NCBI GenBank assembly: GCA_003134375.1
Contig: PLAY01000065.1
Coordinates: 158-64,157 of the forward strand
DNA: 64,000 bases
From: Limisphaerales bacterium
GTDB taxonomy: Bacteria; Verrucomicrobiota; Verrucomicrobiia; Limisphaerales; UBA11358
Direction of reading: 5' to 3'
Below are positions 23,210 through 30,611 of this stretch, one piece after another (the first letter of the stretch is position 1; each line of letters begins with the position of its first letter). Made by a program: the position numbers and the translations under genes. The notes below the pieces were generated by a model that saw only the letters and a list, made by a program, of their open reading frames with translations, was not told the DNA's origin and made no database searches.

Positions 23210-23312
23210 ATAGTGTAGAATTTACAACGCCGGCGGATTTTCAGCGAATCAATTTTGGCCGGATCCACCCGGAGGGCTGTCGGAGTTCAAGCTTCAGCCG
23301 CATTTATTCAAT

Positions 23313-23646
23313 TTAACCACGGATGGACACGGATAAACCCAACGCGGCCTTTGGCCGCAACCACAGATTTTGGACTGCGGCGGGAATCCCGCAGAGCGGG
23401 AGCCACGCCGCTTTTGGAAGCAACCGGTCGTACGGAAAGCGGTGTCGCCGCTGCGCTTCGCCTCGGCAAGCTGCCACCGCAGTCCAAATCTTTGTCATCC
23501 GTGCGCGAAGCTGCAGGATTGTATTACGGATTAAGACAAGGCAAAAGGTCCCTTTGGCGAACCCGGAAGGCCTTTCTTATTGGTGAATTCGTTTGCCTTG
23601 TCTTAATCCGTCCCGCATTGCGGGATCCGCGTCCATCCGTGGTTAA
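23313..23646. repeat. TTAA-ended inverted-repeat element (CCACGRAT family), composite copy E3 with nested 20-bp inverted repeat (IR)
   Basis: Ends TTAACCACGGATGGACACGGATAAAC / ATCCGCGTCCATCCGTGGTTAA. Nested perfect IR ACGGATTAAGACAAGGCAAA (23526-23545) / TTTGCCTTGTCTTAATCCGT (23592-23611). Confidence 0.75.
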
Positions 23647-23691
23647 AAAATTGATGGACTTTTCGCGCGTTTTCCCGACCCTGTTCCAACC

Positions 23692-24321
23692 ATGTTTTCA
23701 CTGCAATTGCTCTTCGGAAAGGCCGACCGGTTTTATCAACTGCTGGAAGATGCCGCCAGCGAAGCCCACGAAAGCGTCCGGCTGGTCATTGAAATGATCA
23801 AATCCCCCGCGCCCGCCAAAGGTCTGGACGATCTTACACTCGCGCGCCGCAAGGAGAAAAAGATCGCGGAGCAGATCACCGCGGAACTGGTGAAAACGTT
23901 TGTGACCGGTCTCGAACGCGAGGACATTGAGGCATTGTCGCTGGCGCTGCGCAAAATTCCCAAGACGGTCGAGAAACTGGCGGAGCGCATCAACCTCGGC
24001 CATCAGCACATTCAAGGCGTGGATTTCAACCGCCAGATTGAAATCATGGAACAGGCCACCGACGTGGTGCTGACCATGGTGAAACAACTTCGCGACATGA
24101 AACATCTGGAAAAAATTCATGAGTTGAACACCAAGCTTCAGTATCTCGAAAACGAGGCGGACCGGTTGATGGGGGATTTGCTGAAAGACCTTTACAGCGG
24201 GCGCTACGAGGCCACGAAAGCCATGGTCATCCGCGACCTTTTTGAATTGATGGAAAAGGTCATTGACCGCTGCCGCGACGCCGGCAACGTGGTCATGCAC
24301 ATCGTGCTCAAAAATTCCTGA
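23692..24321 (+). CDS. DUF47 (PhoU-like, YkaA/TIGR00153-type) phosphate-transport-associated protein
   Basis: ~209-aa helical protein immediately upstream of a PiT transporter, which is the usual pairing. Has an E.EAD.L...L motif. Confidence 0.75.
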   Translation: MFSLQLLFGKADRFYQLLEDAASEAHESVRLVIEMIKSPAPAKGLDDLTLARRKEKKIAEQITAELVKTFVTGLEREDIEALSLALRKIPKTVEKLAERINLGHQHIQGVDFNRQIEIMEQATDVVLTMVKQLRDMKHLEKIHELNTKLQYLENEADRLMGDLLKDLYSGRYEATKAMVIRDLFELMEKVIDRCRDAGNVVMHIVLKNS

Positions 24322-24330
24322 CCGCGCACG

Positions 24331-25425
24331 ATGACCCTCATCCTTCTCGTCATCCTGGCGGCGCTGGTGTTCACCTACATCAACGGCTTTCATGACACGG
24401 CCAATTCCATCGCCACCGTCGTCGCCACCAAGGTGTTGTCGCCGCGCCAGGCCGTCATGCTGGCGGCGGTCACCAATCTGGGTGGCGCCTTCATTGGCAG
24501 TGCCGTTGCCACCACGATTGCTTCCGGCCTCGTTGACCCAAAAGTTGCCACGTCCGAGGTCCTGATCTGTGCCCTGGTTGCCGCCATTCTCTGGAACCTG
24601 TTGACGTGGTGGTTTGGGATGCCGTCAAGTTCGTCGCACGCGCTCGTCGGCGGTTTGTGTGGGGCGTGTCTGGCCGCTGCCCACAACAATTGGAATGTCC
24701 TGGTCTGGTCCGTCCCCAGTCCAAAACATTGGTGGTTGGGCACAGGACTGATTTGGAAAGTTATTGTTCCGATGATTTTGTCTCCCGTTTTGGGTTTGGT
24801 CTTTGGCTTCCTGGTTATGGGAACGCTTTACTTCCTGTTGCGCAACTGGCGGCCAGCCAAGGTCAACAAAACCTTCGGCATCCTCCAGCTTGGCAGTTCG
24901 GGTTTTATGGGCATCAGCCACGGCATGAATGACGCGCAAAAAACCATGGGCATCATCGCGCTGGTATTGCTGACCGGCACGAGCAGCGGCGCATTTGACC
25001 AGCTTCCCGCCTGGCTGTCGTTTTTGCGCACCGCGCCGCCGGAAGCGAACCAGCCGCTGGCCATTGCCGCGTGGATCAAAGTGCTTTGCGCCCTGACCAT
25101 GTGCGCCGGCACCGCCTTGGGTGGCTGGCGAATCATCAAAACCATTGGACACAAAATGGTCCGTCTCCATCCCGTTCACGGTTTCGCCGCCGAAACCACC
25201 AGCGCCACGGTGCTGGTCACCGCCGCCTGTTTCGGAATGCCCGTGTCCACCACGCATGTCGTCACCACCTCCATCATGGGGGTCGGCTGCGCAAAAGGAT
25301 TTAATTACCTCAGACTCGACGTGGTCGAACGCATCCTCTGGGCGTGGATAATGACGATTCCGGCCAGCGGCGGCGTGGCTTACCTGCTGGTCAAGCTGGC
25401 GCAAGTCGCCGGTTGGATTCAGTAA
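24331..25425 (+). CDS. pit: inorganic phosphate transporter, PiT family
   Basis: NGFHDTANSIATVV, GMPSSSSHALVGG, GISHGMNDAQKTMGII and PVSTTHVVTTSIMGVG. Confidence 0.92.
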   Translation: MTLILLVILAALVFTYINGFHDTANSIATVVATKVLSPRQAVMLAAVTNLGGAFIGSAVATTIASGLVDPKVATSEVLICALVAAILWNLLTWWFGMPSSSSHALVGGLCGACLAAAHNNWNVLVWSVPSPKHWWLGTGLIWKVIVPMILSPVLGLVFGFLVMGTLYFLLRNWRPAKVNKTFGILQLGSSGFMGISHGMNDAQKTMGIIALVLLTGTSSGAFDQLPAWLSFLRTAPPEANQPLAIAAWIKVLCALTMCAGTALGGWRIIKTIGHKMVRLHPVHGFAAETTSATVLVTAACFGMPVSTTHVVTTSIMGVGCAKGFNYLRLDVVERILWAWIMTIPASGGVAYLLVKLAQVAGWIQ

Positions 25426-25446
25426 TCCCCCCCTTGAGAAATTGAA

Positions 25447-25656
25447 AGCCCGTCAGGGCTGGCATATTTGTAGTTTGGCAAATCCAATTAGACCAAGCTC
25501 CAGCGGAGCGGCATCTTCAGTGGAGAAAGAACAGAATATGTCGCTCCGACGGAGCTGGATCGTTTCAGGGGTTGTGAATCTATAGAGATGTCGCGCCCAC
25601 GGCACTTTGGAGTGCGGCGACATGGCACCGCTTTGAAAGCGCGGACATGTCCGCGC
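25447..25656. repeat. cluster of intergenic hairpin repeats
   Basis: Inverted pair GCTCCAGCGGAGCGGCAT (25497-25514) / ATGTCGCTCCGACGGAGC (25538-25555). Perfect 18-bp palindrome GCGCGGACATGTCCGCGC (25639-25656). AAGCCCGTCAGGGCT hairpin near 25447. Confidence 0.6.
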
Positions 25657-25680
25657 ATTCCAAATTTTATCTGTTCAACA

Positions 25681-26481
25681 TCACTTGCGGCCGTAACGCG
25701 GGTCGGGGATGCCGAGGTTTTTTTTGATCTTGAGCAGGTCCTTTAGTTGCGCGGGCGAAATGATGTTTGGCGTCCGGCTTAATTGCGAAGCGACGAGAAT
25801 GGTGCGGCAGTAGGATTCGAGAATTTCCATCTTGAAGTAGGCGTCCTCCACGTTGTTGTGGCTCCACGAAACGACGCCATGATTGGCCATGAGAATGACG
25901 TTGTGTTTGTCCACCAGGCCGGCGATCTGCCGGCCCAACTCCGGCGTGCCGGGCGTGCGATACGGCGCGATGGCGGCGGAAACGAACACTTCAAATTCCG
26001 GAATCAGGCACGTGGGCGGCACCATCCCCGCCACCGCAAAGCCCGTGGCATGCGGCGGATGGCAATGCACCACGGCCACCGCGCGCGGCTGGCGTTTCAT
26101 GATCTGTAGGTGCATGAGAATTTCGCTGGTGCGCCGTTTTGCGCCGAAAAGCTGGTTGCCCTTGAAATCCACCAGGCACAGGTCTTCGGGTTTCATGAAG
26201 CCCTTGCTCACGAGGGTGGGTGTGCAAAGCGCGATGTCCTTGCCGACGCGAATGGCGATGTTGCCGCCGTTGCCGTCCACATAGGTCCGCTGCCAGAGGC
26301 GGCGGCCGATGTCGCAGATTTGCAGCTTCAATCCGTGAATTTGCGGCGAGTTGAAAAAGGCCTCGATTTCCGGCTTTGAGCCTCTCGCCGGACCGGCACC
26401 GGTCGGCAAAGGCTTGTTTAACCGTTTATAAACGGTTTTCCGGACCATCTCGCGCCGCCGCGATGGATTGCTCGCATCCAT
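25681..26481 (-). CDS. class II aldolase/adducin family protein
   Basis: GNGGNIAIRVG, VVHCHPPHATGFA and MANHGVVSW motifs. Start taken at ATG 26481 (alternative 26448). Confidence 0.75.
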   Translation of the reverse strand: MDASNPSRRREMVRKTVYKRLNKPLPTGAGPARGSKPEIEAFFNSPQIHGLKLQICDIGRRLWQRTYVDGNGGNIAIRVGKDIALCTPTLVSKGFMKPEDLCLVDFKGNQLFGAKRRTSEILMHLQIMKRQPRAVAVVHCHPPHATGFAVAGMVPPTCLIPEFEVFVSAAIAPYRTPGTPELGRQIAGLVDKHNVILMANHGVVSWSHNNVEDAYFKMEILESYCRTILVASQLSRTPNIISPAQLKDLLKIKKNLGIPDPRYGRK

Positions 26482-26516
26482 ATTAGAGACATTTTGGGGA
26501 GGGGATTGAAGGAGAA

Positions 26517-27491
26517 TCAATGGAAATCGCGCAAATGTTTCCCGCTGCCACCCACCAGCCTGCACAATTCGTTCATGACTTTTTCCACGCTAATGGTCCG
26601 CACACCGGTGATTTCCTTCAAAACGACCAATGGTTCGCCTTGCGGCCGCCAGACCTCTTCCAGCGTATCCGCCCAAAGGACAACACACGGCAATCCCACC
26701 GCCGCCGCCAGGTGCGTGATGCCCGAATCGTGACCCACAAAAGCCGCGCAAGATTGGATTCGCTGCGCCAGTTCGACAAGTGGCAGGCCTTGGACGATGG
26801 CGCAGCGTGCCGGCGGCAGCAAAGCAGCCAATCGTCGTAAGCGTTCGCCCTCCGCCTCGCCGCCAACCAGCAGCAGACCCCAATTGGTCGTCGCCATGAC
26901 CTGTTGAATCAACCCGGCCCATTTGGCTTCCGGCCAGTTCTTCTTTTCACTGCCGCTGCCAGGATGAAGGGTAAGTTGGTTGAGAGTTGAGCCGTCTTTG
27001 CTTCGCTTCGCCGCGCCAAGAAGTTGAGAGTTGAGGAAAAGGCGCGGCACGGGGTCCGCGTCGAAGATGGCCAGTCGCTCCAGTGGTTTGAGATAAACTT
27101 TCGTGGCGTGAAGCCGCTCCGCTTCGTCCGGCCGGTGGGCGCCGACGATGAATTGTCCAACCAAGCAGCGGCAGATGTTGTTTTTGAAAATTTCGCCCGG
27201 GTCGTAGAGATACGAAATGACCAGGTCGAACTCGGAAAAGTAATCCACCAAATCCGGCTCAAGCGTGCCACCAAGGGCGAAAAAGCCCGCCAACCCGCGC
27301 GCTTCAATCGGTTGCACCCGGTCCGCCAAACCACCCGCCACCGCGAGTTGGGCGATGTGCGGATAACCGAGCACCTCCAGGTGCGCCTGGGGAAACTGGC
27401 GGCGCAAGGCGGCAATGGCCGGCAACGTGAGAATGAAATCGCCGATGGCCCCGCCGCGAATGACCAGAATCCTGGGTTTGATTGCGCTCAC
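26517..27491 (-). CDS. glycosyltransferase family 9 (heptosyltransferase-like)
   Basis: ILVIRGGAIGDFILTLPAIAALRRQFP, HPGSGSEKKNWP and FVGHDSGITHLAAAVG. I place the start at GTG 27491..27489, overlapping the upstream stop (ATGTGA). The longer track ORF overlaps the membrane gene. Confidence 0.75.
   Translation of the reverse strand: MSAIKPRILVIRGGAIGDFILTLPAIAALRRQFPQAHLEVLGYPHIAQLAVAGGLADRVQPIEARGLAGFFALGGTLEPDLVDYFSEFDLVISYLYDPGEIFKNNICRCLVGQFIVGAHRPDEAERLHATKVYLKPLERLAIFDADPVPRLFLNSQLLGAAKRSKDGSTLNQLTLHPGSGSEKKNWPEAKWAGLIQQVMATTNWGLLLVGGEAEGERLRRLAALLPPARCAIVQGLPLVELAQRIQSCAAFVGHDSGITHLAAAVGLPCVVLWADTLEEVWRPQGEPLVVLKEITGVRTISVEKVMNELCRLVGGSGKHLRDFH
26978..27035 (-). repeat. CTCAACyCTCAAC-flanked ~58-bp element, in frame in the GT9 gene
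   Basis: The reverse complement reads CTCAACTCTCAACTTCTTGGCGCGGCGAAGCGAAGCAAAGACGGCTCAACTCTCAACC. Encodes LNSQLLGAAKRSKDGSTLNQ, a different frame from the 10257 copy. Confidence 0.7.
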
Positions 27492-28042
27492 ATCGCGCGG
27501 AACGCCGTCAGGCCAAGAATCACCACGAATACCGCAAACGCCAGACGGATGGCGCTGCCGATGCGGATGCGATCTTCCGTCGCCGTCGCCCAATTCAAAA
27601 TGTCGCGCAATTTCCAGGGCGTTACCGTGAACCAGATGCCGGCGATAACGAGGACATAAGCCCAGACTTGAATCACCAAAACCCATGAACTTTGGCCCAG
27701 ATGCGGACGCCCGGTGTCCACCATCAATTTCGCCAGCAGCAACATCAGGACCGCCAGGCCGCGCACGGCCAGAAAGTCCTGCACAAAAATGCACGCCAAA
27801 ATTCCCACCGCCGTGAAACCGGCCATCATATACGGTTTAAAAGCCGAGAAATCCGCGATGGGTTCGATATTCACGTTCCATACAAACCACGCCGTGGCCA
27901 GTAGCATCAGCACAACGCCGGCGGGCAGGTTGCGCGGAAACTTGCGCGCGGCGGCGGCAAACTGCGCCGGTTTGGTGAGGCCGTAAATCTGCGGCACGCT
28001 CACGCCGACGCCGAGTAAAATTGAAAGCAACGACAGTTTCAT
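27488..28042 (-). CDS. hypothetical polytopic membrane protein
   Basis: 184 aa with about 5 hydrophobic helices. Translationally coupled to the GT9 gene. No family recognised. Confidence 0.6.
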   Translation of the reverse strand: MKLSLLSILLGVGVSVPQIYGLTKPAQFAAAARKFPRNLPAGVVLMLLATAWFVWNVNIEPIADFSAFKPYMMAGFTAVGILACIFVQDFLAVRGLAVLMLLLAKLMVDTGRPHLGQSSWVLVIQVWAYVLVIAGIWFTVTPWKLRDILNWATATEDRIRIGSAIRLAFAVFVVILGLTAFRAM

Positions 28043-28051
28043 GCTTGGAAA

Positions 28052-28084
28052 TTAAACCACGAATCCACCCGGATAGACACGAAG
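28052..28084. repeat. solo arm of the CCACGRAT family (E4)
   Basis: TTAAACCACGAATCCACCCGGATAGACACGAAG. I found no partner arm nearby. Confidence 0.45.
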
Positions 28085-28222
28085 AAAATCAATGTGTTCA
28101 TTCTCGACGCTGCTGGGTGGATGGGCGACGCGAAACGCGCTGGACAGCCAACCGTTCCATGGGCAAAGTCGAAAGTCATGAAATCAGATTGGCGGCAAAG
28201 GTTCCAGTTAAGTCACTGTTTG

Positions 28223-28810
28223 ATGAAAACGAAAAAATATCTGTCGGTGTTTGTTATGTTCATGTTCGTTGCGGGATGTTCAACTGATCCCACTTCTCGG
28301 ACGATAGCGCTCGGTGATGCCGCGACTGCTTCAGCTCTATTGGTAACGTTGCCTCTAATTCCTTTCGCTGACGCATATCACGCAATTTCTGGAGACATCA
28401 GAAAGGAAAAAGAGAAAGAGAGAATCATCCAAGAAAAACTTAATCCAATTTATCAAAAGAGAATTGAGATGGTTAAGGCCCGTTCGCCAAAGGCAGATGC
28501 AGATCAAACGTGGAAAGAAGGGGTGACAGCATTCTTGTCATCACTTGGACGGGATGGAGGATTATATCCAGGTTTAGAATCAACTGAATATAATTTGAAG
28601 GATCAGGAAGAAAATCAAAGGCGAATAGATGGTGGTAATTTTCTTACTTATCTTCAAACCCTCTTGAGCGACGACCCTCTTCAACAACAGGCTCGAAACT
28701 TTAGCGAAAAGCACAATGAGTTCATGAACGTTCGTTGGGAATACGAAGAATCTTTTAATCGGGAGATTTATCAGCAGATTCAAAACTCAAAGGCATCTAG
28801 CACCAAATAG
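28223..28810 (+). CDS. orphan lipoprotein in an AT-rich patch
   Basis: ATG 28223 gives MKTKKYLSVFVMFMFVAGCSTD (lipobox VAGC). The mature part is charged and helical (KEKEKERIIQEKL). Composition is visibly AT-richer than the flanks. Confidence 0.6.
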   Translation: MKTKKYLSVFVMFMFVAGCSTDPTSRTIALGDAATASALLVTLPLIPFADAYHAISGDIRKEKEKERIIQEKLNPIYQKRIEMVKARSPKADADQTWKEGVTAFLSSLGRDGGLYPGLESTEYNLKDQEENQRRIDGGNFLTYLQTLLSDDPLQQQARNFSEKHNEFMNVRWEYEESFNREIYQQIQNSKASSTK

Positions 28811-28842
28811 GTCGCCTCCGTCTCCATCCCTAATTTCCAAAC

Positions 28843-30261
28843 TCACTCCAAAATTGCCGGGTCGCCGTAGAGCGTGAAGGAACCGGCGCGGGTGATTTTC
28901 ACGTCCAGAAGCTGGCCGCGATGCTCCCGCCCTGCGGGATCAAACACCACTATCTTGTTGCAGCGCGTCCGGCCGGTCATCCGCGCCGGATTCTTCCGAC
29001 TCGGCCCTTCGACCAGAATCTGGGTCCGCCGCCCGACGAACGCATCGTATTTGCGCCTGCCGATTCCATTGACCGTTTCGAGCAGGCGATGGTTGCGCTG
29101 CTCGCGGATTTTTTGCGGCACCTGGCCGGGCATGTCCGCGGCGGGCGTGTCGCGGCGCTGCGAGTATTTGAAGATGTAAGCGTTGTCGAATTCCACTTCG
29201 CGCGCTAGCGAAAGGGTTTGCTCGAAGTCGTCCTCCGTCTCGCCGGGGAACCCGACGATGATGTCCGTTGTGATGCCGATGTCCGGTTTCGCGCGGCGCA
29301 ATTTTTTGATGAGGCCGAGGAAGCGTTCGCGCGTGTAGCCGCGGTGCATCAATTTCAAGACGCGGTCACTGCCGCTTTGGACGGGCAGGTGCGCGCTTTC
29401 GACCAGCTTGGGCAGCCGCGTGTAAGCCTCAATCAAATCGTCGCCGTAGCCTTTCGGATGCGGCGCAGCGAAACGGATGCGTTCCAGTCCTTCAATTTCG
29501 TGGACGGCATCGAGCAGTTGGACGAAGGGGGTTTTCGTGGTCGAGGGTCGAGCGTCGAGCGTCGAGGGCAGGAAGATTTCTGGCTCTCGACCCTCGACCT
29601 TCGTCTCTCGACTGCTTCCGCCCCGTTTGCCATAGCTCGTTACAATTTGCCCGAGCAAGGTGATTTCCTTCACACCCTGTGACACAAGCTGCCGGCATTC
29701 AGCCACGATGTCAGGAATGCCGCGGCTGCGTTCCTCGCCGCGCGTGTCAGGCACGATGCAAAACGTGCAACGCTGGTTGCAGCCCTGCATGATGCTAACA
29801 TACGCGGTGACGGATTTCTGAGCGTTTCCGTTGAGCAGATGCTCGCGAATGGTCGCTTCGCTGCCCTGCTCCACCGCCACATCCACGATTTTATCGCGGT
29901 GACCGGCCAGGATTTCGTCGAGGTAATCCGCCGCGTGATGAAATTTTTGCGTGCCCAGGACAAGGTCCACGTCCGGCAGACGGTCAATGAGTTCCTGCCC
30001 GCGGCTTTGCGCCATGCAACCCATGAAACCGAGCACAACGTCCGGACGGTTCTTGCGCGCATCCGCCGCGAGGTTTTGCATTTTGCCAATCGCCTTTTTC
30101 TCCGCGAAATCGCGCACGCTGCAGGTGTTCAGCAAAATCACGTCGGCAGCCGCCTCGGATGGCGCGAGCGTGTAACCCTTGGCGACGAGCTGGGCGGCGA
30201 CGGCCTCGCTGTCGCGCTCATTCATCTGGCAGCCATAGGTTTTGATGAAAACACTGGGCAT
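28843..30261 (-). CDS. miaB: tRNA-i6A37 methylthiotransferase
   Basis: KTYGCQMNERDSE, radical-SAM motif GCNQRCTFCIVP, and a C-terminal TRAM domain. Carries a ~25-aa repeat-derived insertion. Confidence 0.93.
   Translation of the reverse strand: MPSVFIKTYGCQMNERDSEAVAAQLVAKGYTLAPSEAAADVILLNTCSVRDFAEKKAIGKMQNLAADARKNRPDVVLGFMGCMAQSRGQELIDRLPDVDLVLGTQKFHHAADYLDEILAGHRDKIVDVAVEQGSEATIREHLLNGNAQKSVTAYVSIMQGCNQRCTFCIVPDTRGEERSRGIPDIVAECRQLVSQGVKEITLLGQIVTSYGKRGGSSRETKVEGREPEIFLPSTLDARPSTTKTPFVQLLDAVHEIEGLERIRFAAPHPKGYGDDLIEAYTRLPKLVESAHLPVQSGSDRVLKLMHRGYTRERFLGLIKKLRRAKPDIGITTDIIVGFPGETEDDFEQTLSLAREVEFDNAYIFKYSQRRDTPAADMPGQVPQKIREQRNHRLLETVNGIGRRKYDAFVGRRTQILVEGPSRKNPARMTGRTRCNKIVVFDPAGREHRGQLLDVKITRAGSFTLYGDPAILE
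29537..29612. repeat. ~76-bp palindromic repeat (TCGAGGGTCGAG family), in frame in miaB
   Basis: TCGAGGGTCGAG (29541-29552) is the perfect reverse complement of CTCGACCCTCGA (29586-29597), flanked by further CGTCGAG / CTCGAC units. Encodes SSRETKVEGREPEIFLPSTLDARPSTT. Confidence 0.7.
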
Positions 30262-30319
30262 GATGTTTCAGATAAGCAGGATACTTTGGGGCGATGGGCT
30301 TGGAAAGTGGAATCGGGGA

Positions 30320-30530
30320 GGGCGCATCTCAATTTTTGAGCACCTCTCATTAGCACCCGGCTTCAGCCGGGTGAAACCAGTTATCACGAGAATAGAACCC
30401 GTTTCAACGGGTTTTTCCGCACACCAAAGCCGTTAAAACGGCTTTCGGACGTTTTTCGACCATCGTCACCGGGCTGAAGCCCGGTGCTAATGAGAATTTT
30501 CCGACGCCGGTCAAAAGTTGAGTTGCGTCC
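30320..30530. mobile_element. composite MITE: outer GGCGCATCTCAATTTTTGA inverted repeat enclosing a CTCATTAGCACC-type element
   Basis: Outer arms GGGCGCATCTCAATTTTTGAGC (30320-30341) / GTCAAAAGTTGAGTTGCGTCC (30510-30530). Inner arms at 30346-30373 and 30467-30494. Internal hairpins AACCCGTTTCAACGGGTT and GCCGTTAAAACGGC. Confidence 0.8.
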
Positions 30531-30611
30531 GGCACTCCGCCGCAACCCACTTGCGGCGGCGAGCCAACCTTGTATCTTTCCCGGGAGGACAGGTGATTTG
30601 GTCCGCCCGGC

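Noticed and set aside
23255-23797. A 180-aa ORF and neighbouring small ORFs across 23255-23800. Similar ORFs lie at 5817..6050, 30404..30922 and 41633..41917.
   Set aside because: They lie within repeat elements (E3, E1 and the composite MITEs), and their open frames are by-products of the repeats.
26517-27794. The full 425-aa version of the GT9 ORF.
   Set aside because: The first ~100 codons overlap the membrane-protein gene (27488..28042) in another frame and look non-protein-like. A GTG at 27491 gives the canonical GT9 N-terminus with a coupled ATGTGA stop-start overlap.
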